From assembly GCA_963700285.1 (NCBI GenBank), contig CAVOXA010000001.1:1312001-1376000 (forward strand): a DNA stretch of 64,000 nt, in the 5' to 3' direction. The translations under genes were made by a program, and so were the position numbers. The notes below the pieces were generated by a model. The model had not been told where the DNA came from. It searched no databases and saw only the letters and a program-made list of their open reading frames with translations. This DNA comes from an uncultured Chloroflexia bacterium. GTDB lineage: Bacteria > Chloroflexota > Anaerolineae > JAAYZQ01. Positions 11,200 to 20,823 of this stretch are shown here, piece by piece. The stretch's first letter is position 1, and every line of letters begins with the position of its first letter.

Positions 11200-13192
11200 T
11201 CACGCATACTTCTTCCTCCGCCTTTGCTTCTCTAAACATCCTCTTGACCTCGTTGGCCGGGATGCCTTCAACCTTGTTCCAGAGTTGGGCGATTCTCTGT
11301 CTGTCCTGCTCTCTCCTCCCGGGCGATGATCGCCTCTGACAGCTCGGCAATCGTGGGCGCCTCAAATATCGTGAGCAGGGGGACCTCTACGCGCAGGGAA
11401 TCTCGCACGCGGAGGCAATCTGGGTGGCCAGCAGCGAGTGTCCTCCCAGTTCAAAGAAGCTGTCGTGGATGCCAATCTTCTCGATGCCAAGGACCTCGAC
11501 AAAGATGTCGGCCAGCACTTCCTCGAACCGGTGTGCGGAGGACCACGGAGGCCTGCGCTGGTTCGTGTCTTGCCCAATCGGGCTCGGGAAGTGACTGTCG
11601 GTCGACTTTGCCATTGGGTGTCAGCGGGAGAGCCTCGAGCATCGCAAAGGCGGCAGGGACCATATAGTCGGGCAGCTTTTCCCGGAGAAAGCCACGCAGA
11701 TCAGAGGGAATCAGGGTTGCCCCGCCCTCCGGGACGACGTAGGCCACCAGCCGCTGGTCGCCCTGTGTCTTTTCCTTGATCAGCGCAGCCGCCTGTCCCA
11801 CGTCCGGATGTTGCCGCAGGACGGCCTCAACCTCCCCGAGTTCAACGCGGAAGCCACGGATCTTCACCTGGAAGTCCTTTCGGCCTTGGTGAACAAGGTG
11901 GCGGTCGTGCGACATGCTACCCAAGTCTCCGGTGAGATAGATGCGCTGGTTTGTATCATCTGGATCGTCAAGAGACTTGGCTAGAGTCAGTTCAGGACTT
12001 CCTCCAATAGCCAGAGGAGAGGTAAGGGCTCTTCACTGCAATCTCACCAGTGTGATTGAATCCGACCTCAAGGCCAGCATCATCACGCAGCAAGACCTCC
12101 ATGTCCTGGACCGCATTGCCAACAGGCACATTGTGGCCGACGATGGGCTCGTCATTGCTGATGAAGCTCCAGCGGAAGGTCATGGTCTCTGTGGAGCCTA
12201 GGCTGTTCACCACAACACAGTGAGGGGCGAAATGCTCTCTACATAGTCCAATATCCTTGCTGCTGACCGGTTCTCCCGAAAGGTTGATCAAACGCAAGCT
12301 GGGGAAGCTCTCATTCCCGGACAGCACGCTGCAGAAGTGGCGAAAGACAGTCGGGACAAATCGGGAGATCGTAACATCCTGCCCGATGAGCCAGGCAGCC
12401 AAGTTGGCCAGGCCCTCCTCTTTGATGTCGAAAGGGTAGAGCGTTGCACCGTTGAGCAGTGCACCGTATGTTGCGCGCACAGAATCCACAAAGCTGCAAG
12501 AAGAGAGGAGCACGATACGGTCCTCTGTGCAGATGTGGAGTCCATTCGTGTAGTTCATGATCTCATGAAGCAGATTGCGATGGCTGTGAGCGACCCCTTT
12601 GGGCTGACCGGTTGAGCCCGAAGTATAGAGCAGAAAGGCAAGCCTATCCGGCGATATGGGTAGACCCGGAGAGTCTGTTGATGTGCTGCCATCGAGCTCA
12701 TCTACATCCTGAATTTGGTGCACGCTCTCAGCCAGTATCCTGGCCAAACCCACATTCCGCCTGTTAGTCAGGATGAGGGGTTGCCTGCGAATCCCGAAGC
12801 GAATAGCTGATCCTGGCTTGGGGATAGGCGGGATCCAGCGGGACGTACATCTTCCCAGCCTTGAGTGCCCCCAAAATAGTCGCAATCAGCGGTGCCCCCT
12901 GCTCAAGAAGTACAGCGACGGGCATCTCACGGTCGCCAAGCTGCCGGAGGATGCCATGTGCCACTCGGTTGGCAGCTCTGTCCAACTCGTCGTAGGTGAG
13001 CTCCTGGCTCGATGTCTTGACCGCGAGTTTCTGGCCATACTCGACCGCCAGCTTTTCGAACCGGTCAGGGATCGATTGCTCGATTTCGTCTCTTGCGAAG
13101 GCGATGAACTCACCGCTGGGATGGAACCACTTTCCTTGAGTTTTCCCCTGGCTTTGCGTAGTGCCAAAGGGTAGTCGGGCAGCTTCACTCAT
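11200..13192 (-). CDS. NRPS-5: stand-alone A-T starter protein (frameshifted)
   Basis: [25 protein letters not shown]-terminus, [42 protein letters not shown]. No C domain. Stop position inferred by assuming one homopolymer indel. Confidence 0.85.
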
Positions 13193-13410
13193 CAGATGTC
13201 TCCAAAGCAATCGAGCCAGGCGCCAGAAATCGCCGTAAGCGCAAAGCCTGACCTCTCCAACATGCCCGTCAACTCCGGGGCGGTATCGTAGTCCTGCTCC
13301 CACCAGTGTAGGCCCCCCTCCCATTTGAACCGCTTTCCTCCACAAGGAGGTCCCCTGTCCGCAGCAACAGCTCTGCCTCCGCCCGTTGCCGGGCTGGGGC
13401 ACGGAAGTGC
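13192..13410 (-). pseudogene. Short gene remnant, possibly the C-terminus of a class I SAM methyltransferase
   Basis: Frame reading LHWWEQDYDTAPELTGMLERSGFALTAISG..FGDI* ends in a TGA overlapping the NRPS-5 ATG (TGATG). Confidence 0.35.
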
Positions 13411-13415
13411 CATCT

Positions 13416-16400
13416 TTAACCATTTGACAGAACGTGGTCGATACGCGCTCGCAGCTTTGCTGCCAAGGCTTGCATGTGGGTTTCTTCTATTGGGACATCC
13501 AGGCCGACAATGGTCGCATGGTTGCCCGGGAACTCGTGTACCTCTGCTCCAAGAAGGGCCAGTTTGCACCAATCCAACTGAGAATTCTCGTCGATTCTGA
13601 GCGAGTCCTCGGTGAGGAAAAGGTCCAGCCTCCCATGATACGGCTGTGGCCTGTAGCGGACAAGGGCCAATCTATTGGCGATTACCTTGAGCTTCAACCG
13701 TACATAGTCCACCTGTCCGCTCGATGGTTTGGATAGAATCTGGCGCGCGTGCTTGCCAAAGCGTGGCAGCAAGCGTTCCAGTACTGACCAGGCAAGATCC
13801 AGGTACGCGCCGATGCCTGGACCCCGCTGCCCCGCGGGTTCGACCATAGCTAGGAAGGGTACCTGCTGCCCTTGAGCTTGAAGCTGCTGGGCCATCTCAA
13901 AGGCTACAACCGCGCCAGCGCATACCCCACCCAAAAGGTATGGCCCCTCGGGCTTGACTTCACGTAATTGCTCCAGATAATAGGCAGCCAAGGCTTCAAT
14001 CCGGACCGGGTTCGCCATCCCGTCCTGGAGACCATAAAACGGTTGATCGGGGCCAAGCTGGCGGGATAGGATGCCCAGGTCAGCGAACACATTGCCCAGA
14101 TTACCAGGCAGGAAGAATAGGGGCACCCTGGAGCCGGTGCTTCTGATCGCGATCAAAGAGGTCGAGATCACTGACTGTTGCTTCCCTCCCTCGCCGAGGT
14201 GACCTGCCTGCAGTGCGATGGTGGGCGCCTGGAACAGGGTGGTCAGTGGAAGGGATTCCCCAAATTCCTTTCTTATCTGAGCAAACAAGCGCACGCCTAA
14301 CAGCGAGTGTCCGCCAACGTCAAAGAAGCTGTCGTGGACGCCAACCCGGTCCATGCCAAGGATCTGGGTCCAGATGCCGGCCAGTTTCTCTTCCGCAGGT
14401 GTCCGGGGGGCGACATAGGCAGCTTCCAACTCCGACCGGACCCGGTCAGGCGCAGGCAGCGCACGGCGGTCCAGTTTTCGGTTTGGCGTCAGAGGCAGGG
14501 CGTCGAGTGCGACAAAGGCCGAAGGGACCATGTAGGCAGGCAGCCTTGCGCTCAAGTGACCGCGGAGGTCAGCGCCTGCCGGCGCCGGCTCCTGCGCAGG
14601 GACGACGTAGGCGACCAACCGTATCTGTCCGGGCTGGTCTTCCCGGGCCAGGACAACGGCTTCCTGGATGTCATCGTGCTGGCTCAAGACCGCCTCAATT
14701 TCGCCCAGCTCAATGCGAAAGCCGCGGATCTTGACCTGGTGGTCGTTGCGGCCGGCAAACTCGACGGTACCGTCGGGCAGGTAGCGGCCCAGATCGCCAG
14801 TCTTGTAGAGACGGTCGTACTCGAGATTGGTGAATGGGCTAGTGAGAAATCGCTCTCGGGTCAGCGGCTCATCGCCCAGGTATCCGCGGGCCAGGTGAGG
14901 GCTGCGGATGTGAATCTCGCCCAATTCGCCGACTCCGGCCAATTTCCGCTCGCCATTCAGTACCAGCAACTGCGCGTCAGGCATGCCGGAACCGAGGGGA
15001 TAGACGGCCTTGGCCCTATCCCTTTGGGCATTGGGGGGGATGGTGTAATAGGCTACGGCGCGTTGGGTTTCGGTGGAACCGTACGAATTGATGCAGGTGA
15101 CGTTAGGAGCGAGGCTTGTGAGCCGCTGTACCTCGACCTGGGTCAGTTTGTCGCCGACAAAGAAGGCATAGCGCAAAAATGGCAGGCGACGCTCTGGGCC
15201 GGCTGTTTCGGTGAGGATCTGGCTCATTGCAGGGGTAAGATGGACGAAAGAGATCTTCTCCCGAGCCATCCAGTCAGCCAGCCCGCCCGGGGTGCCGATG
15301 GTGTCGTCATCGGGGCTACAGACGGTAGCTCCGATCCAGAGGGGGGTAAAGATGTCTCGCTGCAGGGGGTCATGGGACAGGCCGGAGAGCATGCTAAAGT
15401 GGTCCGCTGGCGATAGGTCAAAGGTTTCTTGCTGCCACGGCATAAAGTGGGTAAGGGGTCCATGGCGGCCGAGGATGGCCTTGGGCATGCCAGTCGAGCC
15501 AGAAGTGAAAGCTACATAGGCCAGGTCATCTGGTCCAACGGTCAGGGCGGGATCGTCGGTGGGGTGGGAGCCGAAGGCATGGTGGGACTGGGCTTCAGCC
15601 TGGCTGGGAAGAGTAAGCCTGCAGCAGAGGGGGGAGGCGGCCAGGAATGCCTCGAGTGGCTCTGGCACGTCCCCAGTGGCTTTGGTCTGGATCCAGCCTC
15701 GAGGTCCTACAGTGCGGAGATAGTCGGCCAGGCGGGCGGGCGGGTAGGCGGGGTCGAGGAGGAGGAAAGCTGCCCCCGCCTTGAGCACGCCTAGGATGGC
15801 CCACACCAGCGCCGCACTGCGATGGCCGAAGATGGCCACGATGTCCTGGGGCTGGATGCCATTGGCCCGCAGGTAGTTGGCCAAACGGTTGCTCCAGCGG
15901 TCCAATTCCTGGTATGTCCACTGCTCATGTTCGTCGACCACGGCCATATGTTCGGGCGCCTGTCGCGCGCGCTCCGCGAACTGACGATGGATGGCTCCTT
16001 GCCACTCACCGGACAGGGGAAGCGTCGGATCGGGCAACAGCTTTTTGGCTGCCGGCGTCACCAATGAGAGACTGGAGAGCCTCTGCTCTGGGTTCTCAGC
16101 GATCTGTTCCAGCAGATGCTGGTATTGGGCCAACATCTCGGTCATGCGGTCCTGGTCAAAGAGATCGGCGTTGTAGACAAAGTCTACCCGAACATTGCCA
16201 CTTTCTTCCCAGACATAGGCGGTCAGATCAAAATTGGAGCGAATGTAGTCCAGCTCGTACCACCTAACTCTGAGCCGAGACAAAGTGAACGGAGACTCCT
16301 CACCCGGATACAGGTTGAAAAAAACCTGAAACAGTGGTGTGCGGCCAAGATCTCGTTGTGGCTGCAGCTTCTCCAGCAATCCTTCAAAAGGGAGATCCTG

Positions 16401-17405
16401 GTGATCATACGCCTCCATGGCAGTCTCGCGTACGCGGCGCAGCAGTTCGAGGAAGGTTGGCTGTCCTGACAGGTTTGTGCGCAGAACCAGCGAGTTGAGG
16501 AAGAAGCCAATGAGGCCCTCGACCTCGGGGCGAGTCCGGCCTGCAATGGGCGTTCCAACGACGACGTCATCCTGCCCTGTGAGGCGGAACAGCAGTGTCT
16601 TGAACGCTGCCAGCAAGGTCATAAAAAGGGTGGCACTCTCCCGGCGGCCAAGTTCCTTGAGCGCCCGGCTGAGCGTCTCAGGTATCTCCATCGATTGGCG
16701 CGCCCCCCGGTAGGTCTGTACCGGCGGACGAGGGTAATCGGAAGGCAGGTCAAGTGCGGGTGGCGCACCGTCGAGCTGCCGTCTCCAGTAATCGAGCTGT
16801 CTCGCCAGTACCTCGCCCTGAAGCCGCTCCCGCTGCCAAGCGGCATAGTCGGCATACTGAATAGGCAGATCTGGGAGTGGGGAGGGCTCTCCACGGGTAA
16901 AAGCTTCATACAGGGCTGAAAGCTCCTGATGAAGGATACCAAGCGACCATTCGTCGGAGACAATGTGGTGCATGGCCAGGATCAGTATATGCTGCTCGAC
17001 ATCCAGCCGTAGCAGGGTTGCCCTGAAGAGTGGGCCTCGAGCCAGATCGAAGGGGCACTGGACTTCTTCCTCCACCAGCCGGCGGGCCTCGGCATCCCGG
17101 TCGCTATCAGGGCTCTCATGGAGATCCACGACTGGTATGGTCAAGTCAAGGGCCGGGGTGATCACCTGCACAGGCTGTCCATCCAAGGCTGAGAAGGTGG
17201 TGCGCAGCGACTCGTGGCGCTGTACGATCTCCTGAATGCTCCTTTCCAGCGCCGTCACATTGAGCGGGCCGGCCAGGTGAAAGGCTTCAACCACATTGTA
17301 GGCGGCCTGACAAGGCTCCAACTGGTCCAGGAACCACATTCGCTCTTGTGCAAAGGATGTCGGAAGTATAAAGGCCCTTTGTTCCATCGATGGGTTCTCA
17401 GACAT
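13416..17405 (-). CDS. NRPS-4: C-A-T-TE termination module, intact
   Basis: [76 protein letters not shown]...PGNHA. Confidence 0.93.
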   Translation of the reverse strand: MSENPSMEQRAFILPTSFAQERMWFLDQLEPCQAAYNVVEAFHLAGPLNVTALERSIQEIVQRHESLRTTFSALDGQPVQVITPALDLTIPVVDLHESPDSDRDAEARRLVEEEVQCPFDLARGPLFRATLLRLDVEQHILILAMHHIVSDEWSLGILHQELSALYEAFTRGEPSPLPDLPIQYADYAAWQRERLQGEVLARQLDYWRRQLDGAPPALDLPSDYPRPPVQTYRGARQSMEIPETLSRALKELGRRESATLFMTLLAAFKTLLFRLTGQDDVVVGTPIAGRTRPEVEGLIGFFLNSLVLRTNLSGQPTFLELLRRVRETAMEAYDHQDLPFEGLLEKLQPQRDLGRTPLFQVFFNLYPGEESPFTLSRLRVRWYELDYIRSNFDLTAYVWEESGNVRVDFVYNADLFDQDRMTEMLAQYQHLLEQIAENPEQRLSSLSLVTPAAKKLLPDPTLPLSGEWQGAIHRQFAERARQAPEHMAVVDEHEQWTYQELDRWSNRLANYLRANGIQPQDIVAIFGHRSAALVWAILGVLKAGAAFLLLDPAYPPARLADYLRTVGPRGWIQTKATGDVPEPLEAFLAASPLCCRLTLPSQAEAQSHHAFGSHPTDDPALTVGPDDLAYVAFTSGSTGMPKAILGRHGPLTHFMPWQQETFDLSPADHFSMLSGLSHDPLQRDIFTPLWIGATVCSPDDDTIGTPGGLADWMAREKISFVHLTPAMSQILTETAGPERRLPFLRYAFFVGDKLTQVEVQRLTSLAPNVTCINSYGSTETQRAVAYYTIPPNAQRDRAKAVYPLGSGMPDAQLLVLNGERKLAGVGELGEIHIRSPHLARGYLGDEPLTRERFLTSPFTNLEYDRLYKTGDLGRYLPDGTVEFAGRNDHQVKIRGFRIELGEIEAVLSQHDDIQEAVVLAREDQPGQIRLVAYVVPAQEPAPAGADLRGHLSARLPAYMVPSAFVALDALPLTPNRKLDRRALPAPDRVRSELEAAYVAPRTPAEEKLAGIWTQILGMDRVGVHDSFFDVGGHSLLGVRLFAQIRKEFGESLPLTTLFQAPTIALQAGHLGEGGKQQSVISTSLIAIRSTGSRVPLFFLPGNLGNVFADLGILSRQLGPDQPFYGLQDGMANPVRIEALAAYYLEQLREVKPEGPYLLGGVCAGAVVAFEMAQQLQAQGQQVPFLAMVEPAGQRGPGIGAYLDLAWSVLERLLPRFGKHARQILSKPSSGQVDYVRLKLKVIANRLALVRYRPQPYHGRLDLFLTEDSLRIDENSQLDWCKLALLGAEVHEFPGNHATIVGLDVPIEETHMQALAAKLRARIDHVLSNG

Positions 17406-20400
17406 TGCTATCCGTATCGTCGAGTATCTTGAGCTCATCTGAAGAAAGCACCCTCACATTCTGCGCCCTGCGAGGGCCTGCCGAGATTGCCGGTCCCTCG
17501 TGTTGTGAGTCTTTTGCTTTCAGCTCCCTGACCGCCTGGGCAAGGCCCGCAATCGTCGGGGTTTCGAACATGCTGCGCACAGCGAGCTCTACATGCAAGG
17601 CGGCGCGCACGCGAGAGATGACTTGGGTCGCCAGGAGAGAGTGCCCACCCAAGTCAAAAAAGTTGTCAGAGACGCCCGGCTTCTGTACGCCAAGCACCTC
17701 GCTCCAGATATTGGCCAACGCCTCCTCATCTGGTGTCCGGGGGGCAACGTACTCATGGCCCAGTAGCTCCCGGGACCACTCGGGCTGAGGCAGCGCCCGG
17801 CGATCGATTTTTCCGGTTGTCGTTTGCGGAAGGGATTCCAGAGTCACAATGGCCGATGGCACCATGTACTCGGGGAGTCGAGCGCGCAGGAACCGCCGCA
17901 GATCGCTCATCGACGGAGATAGCGCGTTGTATGGAACTACGTAGGCCACCAGCCGTGTGCCACCCAATCCGGGAGTATCCTCCTGAGGTACCACGACTGC
18001 TTCCTTCACGGCCTCATGCTGCATCAAGACTGATTCAATCTCACCCAGCTCGACCCGGAAGCCACGAAGTTTGACTTGGTGGTCCCGGCGACCCAGGAAC
18101 TCAATGTTGCCATCGGCTAGGAAACGTACCAAGTCCCCGGTGCGATACATTCGGGCCCCTGGTTCTTGGCTAAAAGGACAGGGGACAAAACGTTCGGCCG
18201 TCAGACTAGGCTGGTTGAGATAGCCCCGAGCCAGACCCATACCCGCGATGCACAGCTCGCCGCGCACTCCGATGGGCACTGGAGCCAGGCGTTCGTCCAG
18301 TACGTAGGCCTGGGCATTGCTGATGGGGCGTCCAATCGGTATCTCACGACCTGTTGCCACGAGTTCTGCCGTATTGTCCAGCGCGCAGCTCGTGCTATTG
18401 ATCGTTGTTTCTGTTGGACCATAGCCATTCAGTAGCCACACGCGATCTCCGACACGCGCATACCAAGAAGCCAGTCGCTTCGGAAGAGCCCTCTCCCCAC
18501 CGAAATTGATGAGCCTGATCGTCTCCGGAAACTCCAGATCAAGCTCATCCATCGCGTCGACCAAAGCGTGCCACACAGCTGTTGGCGGATCGAGGGCGGT
18601 GACCTGCTGATCATGACATACCTGCAGGATCATGGATGCCGAGGCGAGGATCTCGTCAGGAGGTAAAACCAGGGTGGCCCCACTGAGCAGACTGGTAAAG
18701 ACCTCGTGCGCGGCTGAGTCAAAACTGATGGAGGCTACCTGCAGCAGCCTTTCGCCAGGGCCTCGCCCAAGTTCAGTGCATGCGGCCAGGGTATAGTTTA
18801 CAAGGGCCTTGTGGGTGATCTGTACGCCTTTGGGCTGTCCCGTCGACCCTGAAGTGTAGACGACATACGCCAGGTTATCGGGGCTGGCCCTATTGACTGG
18901 AGCCTGGCTGTTCTCTGTGGCGATACTCTCCCACTCGCTATCCAGTTGAATTAGCTCTACCGAAGGCTCAGGCAGACTATCGAACAGCCCGCCTGAGGTC
19001 AGAAGTAGACCTACTCCCGCAGCTTTCAGCACCAAGGTCAGCCGGTCAGTGGGTAGGCAGGGTCTAGGGGCACATAGCCTCCCCCCGCTTTGAGGACGCC
19101 CAGGATGGCCACTACCACATCGAGCGAGCGCTCCATGCAGATCCCGACAAGAACCTCCGGCCCAACACCCAGGTCGAGCAGGCGGTGCGCGAGCTGATTG
19201 GCGCGTAGCTCCAGTTCCCCATAGGTCAATGCCTGATCGCCAAAGACTACGGCCGGAGCACCTGGGGTCCGTTCCGCCTGGACGTCGAACAGCTGATGCG
19301 CGCATAGGCCTGCGGCATGATCTGCCTGCGTTTGATTCCACTCTACCAGTATTAGCCGCAGTTCTGGCTCTGTCAGCAATGACAGCCTGGAGATAGGCTG
19401 CTGCGGATTGGCCACAACGCATTCTAGCAGGGTTTGAAAGTGACCCAGCATGCGTTCGATCGTTGCATGCTCGAACAGATCAAGGGAATAGTTCACTACG
19501 CACCGAAGCTGGTCGGCTTCCTGCAGGATATCCAGGGACAGGTCAAACATGGCCGAGCTATACTCGATGCTCAGGCGCGATATGTCCAGCCCGTGTAACG
19601 CCAACACCTCAGGCTCGCGGGCCAGAAGCTGAAACATCACGCGGAACAATGGGTTGCTTCCCGGGGTACGGTCTGGTCGCAGTGTCTCAACCAGTTTTTC
19701 AAATGGAAGATCTTGGTGATCGTAGGCATCCAGGCACACCTGGCGTACCCGCTCCAGAAGTTGCCAGAAACTGGGATCGCCGGCCAGATCGGTGCGCAGC
19801 ACCATGGTGTTGACAAAAAAGCCGATCAGCGCTTCGGTCTCTGGCCTGGTGCGACCAGCAATGGGGGCGGCGACGACGATGTCATCCTTTCCAGAGTAGC
19901 GCCACAGCAGTACCTTGAAAGCAGCCAGAAGCGTCATGAAAAGTGTGACCCCTGCCTGCTGGCTCAGGAGTTCAATGGCTGCGGCGAGGTCTGTGGAGAG
20001 AGCCAAAGCCTGTTCAGCCCCCCGTGCGGTCTGAACAGGCTGCGGAGGGTGGTCAACGGGCAGGGCCAGATCGCCGGGAATCCCGTCAAGCTTGTGCTTC
20101 CAGTAGGCCAGCTGGTCCCCCAGCACGTCTCCCTGCAGCCAGCCCCGTTGCCAGATGGCGTAATCCGCATACTGTAGGGAAAGCTCAGGAAGGGGGGATG
20201 GCCTCCCTGCGGTATAAGACTTGTAGAGGGCTGACAGCTCTGGAAATAGCACCATGTCGGTGGACCAGCCGTCAGAGATGATGTGGTGCAATGCCAGGAC
20301 AAAGGTGTGAGCCTCTCTGCCCAGTCGCAATAGCAGGGACCTCGCGAGAGGTCCTTGGGCCAGGTCAAAGGGTTGCTGGACATAGTCCTTGACGAGTTGC

Positions 20401-20823
20401 AGTGCTTTCGCCGCCCGCTGGCTCTCAGGCAGATCTTGGAGATTCACCACCTGCAGTTTCAGCCACAGGTCTGGATGGACGCGCTGGGTGGGCAGGCCAT
20501 CCACGGTTGGGAACGTTGTCCGCAGTACCTCATGGCGGCGAACGATCTCGTTGAGGCTTTGTTCCAGCGCCTCCACGTTGAGGGGCCCCGAAAGCCGGAA
20601 GACTTCGTAGGTGTTGTAGATCGGACTGCCTGGCTCCAACTGGTCCAGGAACCAGAGCCGCTCCTGGGCAAAGGAGAGCGGTACCTCGTCGAGTTCCGGT
20701 CTCGAGGGGAATCGCCTGCTGGGTGGGGGCATCAATGCCTTCCTCCTGGAGCAGGTAGGCTAAGAGCCGGCGCCCCTCAGCAGAGAGTTGGCTCAGGCTC
20801 GAAAGGTCTCCAGTGCCCATCAT
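17398..20823 (-). CDS. NRPS-3: docking-C-A-T module (frameshifts near 20700 and 19050)
   Basis: [54 protein letters not shown]; ATGA overlap with NRPS-2. Confidence 0.9.

Larger units (their letters stand above)
5816..11203 (-). pseudogene. NRPS-6: docking-C-A-T-TE module, TE interrupted by an IS, several frameshifts
   Basis: GTG 11203 overlaps the inferred upstream stop. [68 protein letters not shown]-half lies before the IS and GPYLLAGVCSG after it. Confidence 0.88.

Noticed and set aside
11105-11365. Stand-alone 86-aa ORF between NRPS-5 and NRPS-6
   Set aside because: It is the NRPS-5 C-terminal and NRPS-6 N-terminal docking segments joined by indels, by comparison with the NRPS-2/3 junction.
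14307-15416. Long plus-strand ORFs opposite NRPS/EPS genes (also 41602-42528, 50246-51433, 51517-52704)
   Set aside because: Antisense shadows typical of GC-rich coding DNA; no domains or RBS support.
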